This document shows, piece after piece, positions 47,984 through 58,227 of a stretch of DNA of 64,000 bases; position 1 is the first letter of the stretch; every line of letters starts with the position of its first letter. A model generated the notes under the pieces. That model did not search any database. It was not told the origin of the DNA and saw only the letters and a list, made by a program, of their open reading frames with translations. The stretch lies in IMG/VR virus record IMGVR_UViG_3300031861_000001, positions 11,971-75,970 of that record. One strand, 5' to 3'. The translations under genes and the position numbers were made by a program. The stretch comes from a virus. Its lineage: Duplodnaviria; Caudoviricetes.

Positions 47984-48278
47984 CGAATCTTTTCCTTTGC
48001 ATTGCTTTGTTTGCAGCCACACGTTTCTTGGCAGTTTGGGCAGTTTGTGATGGATCCTCATCCCATCCAACCCATTTACCGTTTTTATCATAACCACGAT
48101 TAGCCAACTCTTCTAATGCTGCTTTTTTAGCGTTAATTTTTCCATTTGCTATAGCAATCACAAGCTTCATATGCATTGTTTGGAACATAAATTCAGGATT
48201 TTCTTCATCACTGATTTCATTTAACTCTTGACGTTGATCTGTTGGTAAAAAAGATTCCCTATTATACTTAAACATCAT
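47979..48278 (-). CDS. Hypothetical head-region protein
   Basis: ORF track; lies in the prohead core cluster. Confidence 0.6.
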   Translation of the reverse strand: MMFKYNRESFLPTDQRQELNEISDEENPEFMFQTMHMKLVIAIANGKINAKKAALEELANRGYDKNGKWVGWDEDPSQTAQTAKKRVAANKAMQRKRFV

Positions 48279-48441
48279 CTTCCTTAAACATTGTTTCTAC
48301 GTGATCTTTTTTAAGTTCCGTTACTCTATTAGTAGAATTAGTTGATAGAACATCTTGTACAGTTGTACGTGCTTTATAATCTCTACCTGCAATAATATCG
48401 TCTATTATTGTTGCTACTATTTCTCTACCTTTATTTTCCAA
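48268..48441 (-). CDS. gp67-like prohead core protein (TTG start, 57 aa)
   Basis: Manual translation (M)ENKGREIVATIIDDIIAGRDYKARTTVQDVLSTNSTNRVTELKKDHVETMFKEDDV, directly after the portal gene as in T4. Confidence 0.55.
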   Translation of the reverse strand: MENKGREIVATIIDDIIAGRDYKARTTVQDVLSTNSTNRVTELKKDHVETMFKEDDV

Positions 48442-50143
48442 ACCTGCGCTCTTTCTTATTTAGGTTATAAAGACTTTTCAATGATTTTTCCCCTGTGAGT
48501 AATTCAGGTTTAACATCTTCACCTTTGGCTTGCATTCCTTGTGATGTTGCTAACCCTTGATCCTGTCCTGCTGCTGTAAATGGTTGTCCTCCTGTATTTG
48601 GATCGGCACCAGGCACAACATTAATTTTATTTACAGCTGGAACTGCTGGTGGCATTCCTGATTGAGGTGGGTATTGATCGCCTTCACCTTCTGCTTCTTT
48701 TTCTTCTTTTTTAATTTGTTTTTCAATATTCTTTTGTTCTTCAGGTGTAAGTCTAAGAATCCTATCTTTAACAAATTGTTTAGAATAATAATTTCCAACT
48801 AATTCTTCTACATCTCTCATCATATTTAATCTATCAGCCATTAACTCTTGTTGTTTCAATTCAGCAAAATGATTATCGGCTGCATAATTGAATCTAAGAG
48901 TTTCTTTTAACTTAGGCCATTCAGATGTATGAATAACATTTTTAAGAATCAGTTGTTTTTCCAATATTTGATAAAACAAATGGGAAAACCTTATTCTAAT
49001 TCTGTCAATGAATCTTGAAAATTTTAATTCATCTCTACTAATTTCAGATGCTCTACCTAAAACAAAAGGTGTATCAGCTTCTAATCGCGATAAAGGAACA
49101 TTTAATGATTGATATAACTTCCTTCTAAAGTAATCAACATCTTCCATTTCACCTAGATTCTGTCCGCCAGGCAAAGTAGAAATTTCTGTTCCTCTTCCAC
49201 CTTCTCTTCGTGGAAGCCAATAATCTTCTAACATTGACTGGTGCCTTCTATCATCTTTTACTTCACCAGTTGAAGCATTATATACTAATTTATTTTTATA
49301 CCGAGTCATTATATCTTTAAGATATTGCTCAGCTTTTTGTTTAGGTAAGTTTCCTACATCAATATAAAATATACGTCTTTCAGGTGCTCTTGCTATTCTA
49401 TAAATTACAACAGCATCTTCCAACATCCTTAGTTGATTTAACGACTTAATGGCTTTATGTAAATGGGAAATAACAAACTTCTTATCTTTTGTCATTATAC
49501 CCGAATGGGCCATAATGATAGAATCAACAGCTACCTTAACACCCATTTGACTTGGGGTTAATAATCCTTTTTCATTAAACAAATAATATTCTTCAAATCT
49601 GGGCAATTTGAATTCTGACGGTGTTTGCCTTGGGTCTGGAATTATTTGTCTAACTTTTTTAATTTTAAAAGAATCAATTAATCTTAATTCCTGAATTCCT
49701 TTATCAGTATTTTTTGGATCTATCATTACATGATAAAAAATCCTACCTTCAATATACCATCTCTTAAAAATATCATATGCTTGATTATTAAAATCAAGTA
49801 ATTTTAAGATAAGTTCAAATTCATCTGCAATTTTATCTTGGAGATTTTTTGATAAACCGGTGTGTGTTAGATCTAGGTCAACAGGATTTCGTGCTTGATT
49901 AGTAATTATGGCTTCTTGAATAATATTTTCAACTGCCATATCACATTCGGGATGTTCGCCCATATCCCTATATTTCATAATTAAGTCAGCATCAGTTTTT
50001 GCAACTGCTTCTAAATCAAGATAAGAAGCGAAAGCACCACCTGCCGAAGTGGCTTCAATAGCGCCTTCTTGATTTTCGGGGAAACTAAGAGCAGGTAAGT
50101 CTTGTTTCTTTTCTCTCTCTATATTAAATCCAAAAAGTTTCAT
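48431..50143 (-). CDS. gp20: gp20 portal vertex protein
   Basis: HPECDMAVENI, WYIEGRIFYH, LRMLEDAVVIYRIARAPERRIFYIDVGNLP, WLPRREGGRGTEI. Confidence 0.98.
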   Translation of the reverse strand: MKLFGFNIEREKKQDLPALSFPENQEGAIEATSAGGAFASYLDLEAVAKTDADLIMKYRDMGEHPECDMAVENIIQEAIITNQARNPVDLDLTHTGLSKNLQDKIADEFELILKLLDFNNQAYDIFKRWYIEGRIFYHVMIDPKNTDKGIQELRLIDSFKIKKVRQIIPDPRQTPSEFKLPRFEEYYLFNEKGLLTPSQMGVKVAVDSIIMAHSGIMTKDKKFVISHLHKAIKSLNQLRMLEDAVVIYRIARAPERRIFYIDVGNLPKQKAEQYLKDIMTRYKNKLVYNASTGEVKDDRRHQSMLEDYWLPRREGGRGTEISTLPGGQNLGEMEDVDYFRRKLYQSLNVPLSRLEADTPFVLGRASEISRDELKFSRFIDRIRIRFSHLFYQILEKQLILKNVIHTSEWPKLKETLRFNYAADNHFAELKQQELMADRLNMMRDVEELVGNYYSKQFVKDRILRLTPEEQKNIEKQIKKEEKEAEGEGDQYPPQSGMPPAVPAVNKINVVPGADPNTGGQPFTAAGQDQGLATSQGMQAKGEDVKPELLTGEKSLKSLYNLNKKERRFGK

Positions 50144-50176
50144 AATATATTTCTATTTAAATGTTCTGAATGCAAA

Positions 50177-50722
50177 TTACTTGATATTTGCTTGTTCATG
50201 GGTATAGTAATCATACTGCCAATCTACCGTGAATTCTTGAATTGTATTCCCTGAATCCCAACTAAGATCAATAGCTGATATATTTGATGGCCACGCTCCT
50301 ATGATTTTCCACTCTTGATCTTTTTCGCCATCTTTTTTAAACATTTTTAATGTCATTTGAGTCGTATATTTGGTTCTCGAACTAAAAATGTCCTTTTTGG
50401 CCACATTAGATTTATGACCATTAAGTAGTACCATCCATTTTTCAAGTGCGGCCTTCAGAGTATGCCCTTCATCATTGACAACTGTGGTAGACAAAGCAGG
50501 AAATTCTCTGCTTTCTCCGGCAACTTTTATATTGCGGCCAAAATAAGGCACTTCAATTGGGGTTAGCATAGAAGGAGGAATCTGAGCTCCCTTACACAAA
50601 TATTTCCAATCTGAAGTTGCACCACCACCGGGAACTGTTCCCAAGGTCATTTCCATGAGATTAGTTCTGGCTCCACCACCAATTAATTTGCTTGTGAATG
50701 TACTTATTCTAAAATCTGCCAT
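50177..50722 (-). CDS. gp19: gp19 tail tube protein, copy 2
   Basis: GGGARTNL, LCKGAQIP, YFGRNIKVAG, FTVDWQYDYY. Confidence 0.9.
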   Translation of the reverse strand: MADFRISTFTSKLIGGGARTNLMEMTLGTVPGGGATSDWKYLCKGAQIPPSMLTPIEVPYFGRNIKVAGESREFPALSTTVVNDEGHTLKAALEKWMVLLNGHKSNVAKKDIFSSRTKYTTQMTLKMFKKDGEKDQEWKIIGAWPSNISAIDLSWDSGNTIQEFTVDWQYDYYTHEQANIK

Positions 50723-50734
50723 GTTTAAAAATCC

Positions 50735-51295
50735 TTATGCGCCGGTAGTTACTCCGGTATGTTCCCAATAATCATAAGCCCAAGTAACTGTGTATTCCAT
50801 TATTGCATCATTTGGGTCCCAATTGACATCAACTTGATCCAAGGAAGTAGGAAAACAATTTTCAAACTTATATATTTGATCGTCCCCACCAGTTTTACTA
50901 TATGTTTTCACACTCATATCCGCAATATAACCTGTAAGTTTATTTAACATTGTAGAATCACGAACGTTGCCCTGATGAGAATTTAATTTATTCATCCAGC
51001 TTTCTATTTGGTTTCTGATTGGATAACCTTCATCATTTATAATGGTTGTGGTTAAGTCCTCAAAAGTTCTATTTCCTGGAATTTTTACTGCTCGACCAAA
51101 ATAATTTACGGTTGTAATGCCTAAAGCATTTGCCGGAATTTGCACACCCTTACACATAAAGGTCATGCCTGGACTTACTCCAGTTGTTGATGTATCTCCT
51201 TTAAGAGTAATTGCTACATCGAAAAGGGTAGCTCTGGCGCCCCCTTTAGTTAGTTTTGATATAAAACTATTTTGTCCATCTACTACAAATGCCAT
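50735..51295 (-). CDS. gp19: gp19 tail tube protein, copy 1
   Basis: GGARATLF, MCKGVQIP, YFGRAVKIPGNRTF, YTVTWAYDYW. Confidence 0.92.
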   Translation of the reverse strand: MAFVVDGQNSFISKLTKGGARATLFDVAITLKGDTSTTGVSPGMTFMCKGVQIPANALGITTVNYFGRAVKIPGNRTFEDLTTTIINDEGYPIRNQIESWMNKLNSHQGNVRDSTMLNKLTGYIADMSVKTYSKTGGDDQIYKFENCFPTSLDQVDVNWDPNDAIMEYTVTWAYDYWEHTGVTTGA

Positions 51296-51327
51296 TTAAA
51301 CCCCTAATATTATTGTATAATTATCTT

Positions 51328-51335
51328 TATTTATA
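51328..51335 (-). promoter_or_regulatory. T4-type late promoter TATAAATA (for gp19)
   Basis: Exact consensus overlapping the gp18 stop codon. Confidence 0.8.
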
Positions 51336-53526
51336 CAGCATTCACAACTTCTTCAAAATCTACACCACTTCGTACTGCAACAAAATTGAGCAAGATGAAG
51401 TTAATGGATTTCGTAGGTTTAATGAATATGCTACCAATAAACTCGTTTCGATCTATAACTTCTTGTGTATTATTTGATTCGTCACAAATTACAGAAAAGT
51501 CTGTGATACCACCTCTTCCTTGAATATCTCTGAGAAATGGTTCTACTGACGAAACAAAAGATGCTCGTGTGAAATCATCGTTGAACTCAAACATTGAGAA
51601 CTGTGCGAAATTAGCAATGGATTTTTCCAAAGTAATGAACAATCTACGTACATTAATTCTATCAAACGCTGAAGGTTTGGCCAATAATGTTTTATCACCA
51701 AATAGTAACGTTCCTTGTCCTGAAAAAGAAACAACTGGATTTACACCATTTTTATAAAGATTGTCTCTTTCTGTTTTATTAGGATTCCATGCAAGCCGTG
51801 CTACACTTTTTACTTGACCTCTATTGAAGCCAGCTGGCGAAAAGAAGAAATCTCTTTCTAATGTTGTTCTTACAACAAGGCCAGCTACATCTGGATTTAA
51901 TGGAATATATCTAAACGTATCATTATACTTGTCATATTGATATTTCCATCCAGAATCTATAACTGCATATGAAGTACTGGGCAAATTATTTCTAAAATCA
52001 TTAATTGCTGTAACTTCTCCGCCGTCATTATTAACAACATCACTTTGCTCTGGGCTAATAAACACCATGCAATCTTTGCGAGTTTCTGCAATATTACTAA
52101 TTAAGTAACTTGCAACTACGGAAGAACAAGAACCACCAAGTATTAATGAAATATCTATATCTTCTGAAGATTTAAATTTATCATACCCGGTAATTGTAAT
52201 AGCATCAGTTAATGTTTGTCCATCAATACCACCTGTCATACTTGCATTAACAGTAATTCTATTTTGTGTAAATGCAGGTTTTGAAGCGGCATTAGCTGAC
52301 GCTCCCCATGCTGCGGTATTGGGTGCAGTATCTGCGTCTGTTCCGGTGGGATGTTTCATCCACCAAATATATTTAGATTGTCTATTAATAGCTTCTTTAT
52401 AAAAAAGAGCTTGACCATCTTCTGATTTAGCATCTGAAGCAACGGATAAAGCTGGGAATGTTTCTAATACTGTTCCCTTAACACCTGTCCATTCTCCGTC
52501 TTCATCTACTACAACTACATGAACTTCATCTTGTATTACACCTCTTCGAGTTGCAAAATCCGAAGTAAGTGGTGCATAATCAAATACACTTGCAAATTCC
52601 CACTCTCGTGAATATGCAATCGAACCGGCTATTGCTGTGGAACTTGGTGATATGGCTGTTTTCAAAGCTGCGCTTGTATTACTTGTAATAGAATCCAATT
52701 CATGTGTTTCTCCACCAATTGAAATCTTATCACCTACTGTAAGCTGTATATCAAAATAAGTTCCTGTTCCTGTCATCACTTTTCTTGCGGCATCTGAAAC
52801 TTGAACTGTTCCCATTGCAGCCGTGGCTGGTTCAGAATAATGTGAACTTTTCATTCTTGTATATACTGGCGTACCAGTAACATCGGTATTACTTGAAGAT
52901 TGCACAGTCATTGAAGTGTCTGATGCAATAGCAGTTACTAAGAAATAGGTGCCGCCAACATCATGTTTAATTATATCGTTAACTTGTAATTCTGTAGTAT
53001 ACGATGTTGATGTTCCTGATACAGTTCCTTCTGTTCCAGAAAAGGAAGTTGTCATGGTTCCTGTCAATGCTGCTTCTGCAATGTCAGCTCCACATAATCC
53101 GACTTTAAGTGAATTACCTAATTCGCCTGCAAATTTTGCTGCGAATTCTCCGTAATTATCAGATGCTCCGGACCCACCAAATTCGGTGTAATATGTATTG
53201 TAATAGGTTTCGGAACTTTTAATTAAGACAGTATTTGCCGCATCTGTCGTTGCGTTATATGCTGATGAATTTGCTACTCGAACAACATTTAAATTTTGAC
53301 CATAGGCTAAAAAATTCGCCGCTGTGAAAAAAGATAGATATGTTGAAGAGTCAGGCTTCTGGAAATTTTCTACGAGTAGATCTTCACTGCTTACATTAAC
53401 AAGTTGGTCTAAGGGTCCCCAGCGAAAAGCCCCAGCAAAAGCACCTGCAGTTGTTCCAGTCTCAGGCACAATTGTAGTTAAATCAATCTCACGTGTAACT
53501 ACACCTGGACTTACTGTAAATGCCAT
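51331..53526 (-). CDS. gp18: gp18 tail sheath protein
   Basis: SPGVVTREID, FRWGP, SPAGFNRG, FDRINVRRLF, IKPTKSINFI. Confidence 0.98.
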   Translation of the reverse strand: MAFTVSPGVVTREIDLTTIVPETGTTAGAFAGAFRWGPLDQLVNVSSEDLLVENFQKPDSSTYLSFFTAANFLAYGQNLNVVRVANSSAYNATTDAANTVLIKSSETYYNTYYTEFGGSGASDNYGEFAAKFAGELGNSLKVGLCGADIAEAALTGTMTTSFSGTEGTVSGTSTSYTTELQVNDIIKHDVGGTYFLVTAIASDTSMTVQSSSNTDVTGTPVYTRMKSSHYSEPATAAMGTVQVSDAARKVMTGTGTYFDIQLTVGDKISIGGETHELDSITSNTSAALKTAISPSSTAIAGSIAYSREWEFASVFDYAPLTSDFATRRGVIQDEVHVVVVDEDGEWTGVKGTVLETFPALSVASDAKSEDGQALFYKEAINRQSKYIWWMKHPTGTDADTAPNTAAWGASANAASKPAFTQNRITVNASMTGGIDGQTLTDAITITGYDKFKSSEDIDISLILGGSCSSVVASYLISNIAETRKDCMVFISPEQSDVVNNDGGEVTAINDFRNNLPSTSYAVIDSGWKYQYDKYNDTFRYIPLNPDVAGLVVRTTLERDFFFSPAGFNRGQVKSVARLAWNPNKTERDNLYKNGVNPVVSFSGQGTLLFGDKTLLAKPSAFDRINVRRLFITLEKSIANFAQFSMFEFNDDFTRASFVSSVEPFLRDIQGRGGITDFSVICDESNNTQEVIDRNEFIGSIFIKPTKSINFILLNFVAVRSGVDFEEVVNAV

Positions 53527-53575
53527 CTTCTTCTCCTATAAATCATTAAGTTCATGTATTATTAGTTACTAAGAT

Positions 53576-53583
53576 TATTTATA
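53576..53583 (-). promoter_or_regulatory. T4-type late promoter TATAAATA (for gp18)
   Basis: Exact consensus; RBS AGGAG before the ATG. Confidence 0.85.
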
Positions 53584-53595
53584 AACAAACGGGGT

Positions 53596-55248
53596 TCAGA
53601 AAAAAACATTGTGACCTGTATCTTCTAAAATTCTATCAGTTCTTTCTACTTGCCATCTATTTCCTTCATCATCTACAATTTCTTCTTCCTCTAATCCGTC
53701 ATCTATAATACCAAACGGTAAATAGCTTTCTTCAATTTCTTTCATTTTCTCTGAATACATCTTTTCACGTAAATCAACATTTGTTAATTCTTTATAATAT
53801 TCTTGGTTAGTTAACCACGCAAAGATGACTAACGTGATTGCTAAATCATCATGATGTCCTTCCTCAGCTTCATATGAATCTTTTTTGGCTGAAAAAGAAG
53901 TAAGTTCATATATTACATCATAATCTGTTATAATTAACTTATCTTCTTCAATCAAGTTTTTTAATGTAGCACAACCTAGACGTTTAACTTGCTTAGTAGT
54001 TCTTACTCCCCATTGTGAATTCTTACCAAAACCACCACCCAACTGTTGTCCACCTCTACCTTTCCAAGTCATCATCATCATATTTTCATATTCTAAATCT
54101 TGGTGTAAGGTAACTGCTACTTGTTCTCCTATATCATTTACTTCAACTAATACATATGCCTCATTATAATGTTTAGCTACCTTATAAATTACGTTAGGAT
54201 ATAATAACGGTGATATAGTATCACATCTATATTTTGCTACAAGTTTATAAGGAACTTCAGTCGAATCTATAACTGTGAATGCAGAATAATCTAATCCTTG
54301 TCCTCTGGCTGTATCAACAACTAAAGTATATGAATGTTTTTCTATTGGATTTTCGAATATATCTATAAAATCTTGTGAATGTATTGGTGTCTTAAAAGGC
54401 ATGGATCTTAATTTAGATCCTGATATAAGTGTTTGTGTACTACCAACAAATTCTGTTTCGAATTCTTGTGAAAATTGTCTTTCACTAGTATTTCGAATGG
54501 TCTCTTCTTTCCATTTGGCATCTCTGCCTGGAATTTCAGACCAGTGAACTTCAATAGGTAAATAATTACTTCTTTTTTCTTCTGAATCTACCCACATCTT
54601 ATAGAATTGATTTAATCCTAAGGGTGTAGATACAATAAAGACTTTAGTAGTTTGTCCAGAAGAAATAGTTGGATATACTGAAGTAAAAAATTCTTCTGCC
54701 AATTCCTTTGGAACGTGAGCGAACTCATCTAAGAAAATTATATTAAAAGATGATCCCCGGATTGCAGATGATGATGTAGCTGCAGCTAATATTTTTGAAC
54801 CATTCTCTAATTCTATATTACCTTTATTCCATGCTAATATGCCTTGTTGTAACCACATAGGCAAATTTTCATAAGATAGTTTTAATCTATCTAATAATTC
54901 TCTAGCAAGAGCACCTTTATTAGCCAGAATACATACATGTGTATTTTCATTAAAAAGTATGTAATGTAAAAAGAAAGCAATAATAGTGGTAGATTTGCCT
55001 GATTGTCGAGGCATCTTACAAATCACAAATCTATTATCGTGAAATGTTTGTACCATCTTCGTTTGAAAAGGATAGAGATTGAAATCTACTAATCCTTTAT
55101 CAACATGAATAATTTTTACATATTTTTTAATAAAATAGACTGGATCGTCTTGACATTTTATATATTCTGCTAATTGTTCTTCGGAAAATTCTACCGGAAC
55201 ATTAGCAGATTTTAATTTGGGATTACCAAGATAATGTGTACTAGGCAT
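53596..55248 (-). CDS. gp17: gp17 large terminase
   Basis: YLGNPKLK, PRQSGKST, IFLDEFAH, STPLG, DTARGQGLDYS, HDDLAI. Confidence 0.98.
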   Translation of the reverse strand: MPSTHYLGNPKLKSANVPVEFSEEQLAEYIKCQDDPVYFIKKYVKIIHVDKGLVDFNLYPFQTKMVQTFHDNRFVICKMPRQSGKSTTIIAFFLHYILFNENTHVCILANKGALARELLDRLKLSYENLPMWLQQGILAWNKGNIELENGSKILAAATSSSAIRGSSFNIIFLDEFAHVPKELAEEFFTSVYPTISSGQTTKVFIVSTPLGLNQFYKMWVDSEEKRSNYLPIEVHWSEIPGRDAKWKEETIRNTSERQFSQEFETEFVGSTQTLISGSKLRSMPFKTPIHSQDFIDIFENPIEKHSYTLVVDTARGQGLDYSAFTVIDSTEVPYKLVAKYRCDTISPLLYPNVIYKVAKHYNEAYVLVEVNDIGEQVAVTLHQDLEYENMMMMTWKGRGGQQLGGGFGKNSQWGVRTTKQVKRLGCATLKNLIEEDKLIITDYDVIYELTSFSAKKDSYEAEEGHHDDLAITLVIFAWLTNQEYYKELTNVDLREKMYSEKMKEIEESYLPFGIIDDGLEEEEIVDDEGNRWQVERTDRILEDTGHNVFF

Positions 55249-55458
55249 TTAGCTGTTTAATAATTTTTTCCAATCAGTAGCGCCGTTTGCATCTTTAGGA
55301 GCAAGTTTTAAAAACTCTGCACTGGACTCTGATGTATCTGTTCTTTTTCGAGTTACTATTCGTGTTTTTGTAACTTTATTTACTGTTCGGCCGCCAACAC
55401 TGCTGTATGATTTTCTATGGATAATTTTTTCCTGAACTTTAATATTTTGCATATCCAA
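55249..55458 (-). CDS. Hypothetical protein
   Basis: ORF track; abuts gp17. Confidence 0.5.
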   Translation of the reverse strand: MDMQNIKVQEKIIHRKSYSSVGGRTVNKVTKTRIVTRKRTDTSESSAEFLKLAPKDANGATDWKKLLNS

Positions 55459-55464
55459 TATTCC

Positions 55465-55986
55465 TTATCTTTTATGGCTAGACTTATGATTTGCCATTGC
55501 TGCTCTTGCCCGTTTCATTCTAGCGGGCTCATCTCTTTTAACTTTCCTTTTGTGCACTATTGTTTTTCTATTTACTATAGCCTTTTTCATTTCTTTCCAC
55601 TTTTTTCTTTTAAGCATTCCACCTGCGCCGCTAGCCTTCATAATCGCTGCTGGAATTACCTCTCTTTGTGCTTTCTTTAAAGCGGACTTTTGAATCTTCG
55701 CACCAGTTTTTCTTTTTAACTGGGACCTCTTCTTTTTTCTTTTAACTGAAGCTAATTTATTTTTCCGTTTAGCTAATCTACCCAATTTTTTCATTCTGCC
55801 TACATATGCAGCTTGGGTTTCTTTTTCGTCTAATAAATCTTCTGTTATTTGATCTTCGGTGAGTTGTTCGGCCCATTCAATTAGGTCTTCTAATGTTATC
55901 GCATCCTCTTCAAGATCTTCTTCAATTTCTAATAAAAAATCATCATCTGCTAATTCATTATCCAAATATTCATTAAATTTTAACAT
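55465..55986 (-). CDS. Bipartite acidic/basic protein (prohead core or internal-protein-like)
   Basis: D/E-rich first ~55 aa, K/R-rich remainder; N-terminus MLKFNEYL. Confidence 0.6.
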   Translation of the reverse strand: MLKFNEYLDNELADDDFLLEIEEDLEEDAITLEDLIEWAEQLTEDQITEDLLDEKETQAAYVGRMKKLGRLAKRKNKLASVKRKKKRSQLKRKTGAKIQKSALKKAQREVIPAAIMKASGAGGMLKRKKWKEMKKAIVNRKTIVHKRKVKRDEPARMKRARAAMANHKSSHKR

Positions 55987-55992
55987 GTTAAC

Positions 55993-56322
55993 CTAATTAC
56001 TTATTAACTGTTGAATAACTGCAGCAACTATAGTACCTATAATAGCAACAGCAGTAGTTATTATTATTCTATTTTGTTTAAAATGTTGTTCTATTGATAA
56101 AGCTTTCATTTCATCCATACTATCTTTCATTTTGGAAATTCTTTCATGAATAATAACATTACTTTTATCAATAGTATCTTGTAATTGTTGATACTTCTCT
56201 TCCAAACGCTGATACCTCTCCGCGCATAAGTCTACATGTGCCTCTAAGTTTTCTTTTTCTAACATGGCCGGTTTCTTATGTCTCGTTCTATTTTTAACTG
56301 TTTTAAGTAACTGTGCTACCAT
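55993..56322 (-). CDS. Coiled-coil protein with C-terminal transmembrane helix
   Basis: LEAHVDLCAERY coiled coil; IIITTAVAIIGTIVAAVI. Confidence 0.6.
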   Translation of the reverse strand: MVAQLLKTVKNRTRHKKPAMLEKENLEAHVDLCAERYQRLEEKYQQLQDTIDKSNVIIHERISKMKDSMDEMKALSIEQHFKQNRIIITTAVAIIGTIVAAVIQQLISN

Positions 56323-56680
56323 TAGTTATTTGAGCTCCTTCTTTATGTTCCGGATCTTCTTTATCTTTAAACCAGTAGTCCGTTGCTTTACTGAGCACCG
56401 CCACATACGCTCCGGTCATAATATTTATTAGATCGCGAGATGCCGTCGGCAAGTCTTCCATAAAGAGTAGCCATATTAAAAATAAAAAAGTTAGTACCAC
56501 AATTAGGGATAATGTAAATCTTGCCCACCAATTCATTTTCTTCCGGCGTTCTGTTCCTTCATATTGTAATGCTTTCACTGGATCACTTTCCCATAATTTT
56601 TCTTCAGATTGCTGAATCATTTCATTACTAGTATTTATTTTATTGTCACCTTGACGATCTTTTCTACTTAATATTGTCAT
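56303..56680 (-). CDS. Two-TM holin-like membrane protein
   Basis: FTLSLIVVLTFLFLIWLLF and LINIMTGAYVAVL..DYWF. Confidence 0.55.
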   Translation of the reverse strand: MTILSRKDRQGDNKINTSNEMIQQSEEKLWESDPVKALQYEGTERRKKMNWWARFTLSLIVVLTFLFLIWLLFMEDLPTASRDLINIMTGAYVAVLSKATDYWFKDKEDPEHKEGAQITNGSTVT

Positions 56681-56701
56681 TTTTTTCCGCCCCTTATATC
56701 A

Positions 56702-56709
56702 TATTTATA
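56702..56709 (-). promoter_or_regulatory. T4-type late promoter TATAAATA
   Basis: Exact consensus upstream of the ORF starting at 56680. Confidence 0.8.
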
Positions 56710-56728
56710 GTTTTTAATTCCTGCAAAT

Positions 56729-57358
56729 TTATCTCAACAATGCAGGTATGGGTATATTATCTACTATGAAAGTTCCGACCTGGCCTTGAAGTAAGAACAC
56801 TATTATAGCAGCGAACATTCCCCAAAGAAAACTCATATAAGACCATTTGAGAAACCTATACTTATTAAGTGCAAGAACTTTTCCTTGTCCGTAAATATCT
56901 CCTGCCATGGCATCATATACTCTATCATCAGTCATCAATGATTTTGCATAATCTTTTTTGTATTCATCTATCGGCAAATGTGCGAAATGTCCAAAAAACA
57001 AAGGATTGAATAAAGGAGATTTCCTATCTATTTCCTTAGAACCTTTCTTTTTAGGATAATCCGTATTTGGAATAATTGCAAAAATCGCAAATAATAAAGA
57101 GAAAAAACTACCAACGGCAAATGATAATAGAGGCCATTTCATCGTTTCATTATCTAAATTTGCAATAGTAATTGAAAATACAATTGATGCAACGGTAATC
57201 ATTATATTAGCTTTTTGATCTGCCATCAATACTAATCTCATTTGATTACCATGATTAACACGTAGAATATTATCTACAGCAGTACGATTTTCTGGTATTA
57301 GCTCAAAATAATTTATATGAGATTTAGAATTTTTTGAATATTGAGTGCTGTGTGACAT
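56729..57358 (-). CDS. Pycsar effector-like transmembrane protein (PycTM/DUF5706)
   Basis: MADQKANIMI, paired TM helices ending AIIPN, LFFGHFA, M..DIY...KVL...KYRFLKWSY followed by a TM helix. Confidence 0.75.
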   Translation of the reverse strand: MSHSTQYSKNSKSHINYFELIPENRTAVDNILRVNHGNQMRLVLMADQKANIMITVASIVFSITIANLDNETMKWPLLSFAVGSFFSLLFAIFAIIPNTDYPKKKGSKEIDRKSPLFNPLFFGHFAHLPIDEYKKDYAKSLMTDDRVYDAMAGDIYGQGKVLALNKYRFLKWSYMSFLWGMFAAIIVFLLQGQVGTFIVDNIPIPALLR

Positions 57359-57360
57359 GA

Positions 57361-58227
57361 TTAAAACTTATATTTTGTCTTGGACCCATTAATCAAATAA
57401 TCAACGGCTTTTAATGTGGACACATATTTTGCTATGGCATGAGTTAATCCATCGGTTTTTGAGATTAAACCATTATCATTATCTGGGCCCCAATCTAAAT
57501 CCTGACTATCTATAAAAAGTCCGGTATGACGATAAGGCCAAGGAGGAGTAAAAGGGATAGGATCGCTACGGCGAACCACGCGCCAATGAGTGGGTTGGCT
57601 ATCAAGAACTTGAGCAGAAACTTTTGGTGATCCGTAAGAGAAAACTTGAACATTCTTACCTCTCTTATGAAGCCACATTCCTATTATTTGTGCAACGGCT
57701 CCACCTAAACTGTGACCTGTAACGTGTACAGTATGTTCAAGGGGATATGTAAGTGTCTGTCCTTGAATAGTATTTCTTCCTGTCGTAGTTGAAGTATCTA
57801 TAATTTGCATTATATTTACCGCAACATCTCTAAATCCTTTATGAAGTTTGATTCCTGTACGTGCATCATCTACTAATCTTACATCAATATCAGATAGTAC
57901 ATTTGCATCATTTGCCGTACCCCTAATAACAATTATTGATATTCCACTTTCTTGTTTTACTTCAAACGCAACTTCATCTTTTTGATCACCGCCACTATCG
58001 TAAATTGCTTTACAATATTCAGCATGTTCAATGAGAGATTTTAATGAAACTGGTAAATTTGATCTATTCCCACTACCTAAATCATTATTTTTATCAGCTA
58101 CGTTTTTTGCACAACTATTAAATAGTAGAAGAAGACTTATTATTAGCGTGAATTTCTTTATGTTTATTAAATGACGTCGCCCCAAGGATTGCCCCGAATG
58201 AAAGATGAAACATTGCACCGCTTTCAA
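57361..58227 (-). CDS. Class 3 lipase, probable lipoprotein (true start likely downstream of the track start)
   Basis: IIVIRGT, LHKGF, VTGHSLGGAVA (GxSxG), SYGSPKV, DPIPFTP, H; lipobox-like LLLFNSC. Confidence 0.85.
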   Translation of the reverse strand: MKAVQCFIFHSGQSLGRRHLINIKKFTLIISLLLLFNSCAKNVADKNNDLGSGNRSNLPVSLKSLIEHAEYCKAIYDSGGDQKDEVAFEVKQESGISIIVIRGTANDANVLSDIDVRLVDDARTGIKLHKGFRDVAVNIMQIIDTSTTTGRNTIQGQTLTYPLEHTVHVTGHSLGGAVAQIIGMWLHKRGKNVQVFSYGSPKVSAQVLDSQPTHWRVVRRSDPIPFTPPWPYRHTGLFIDSQDLDWGPDNDNGLISKTDGLTHAIAKYVSTLKAVDYLINGSKTKYKF

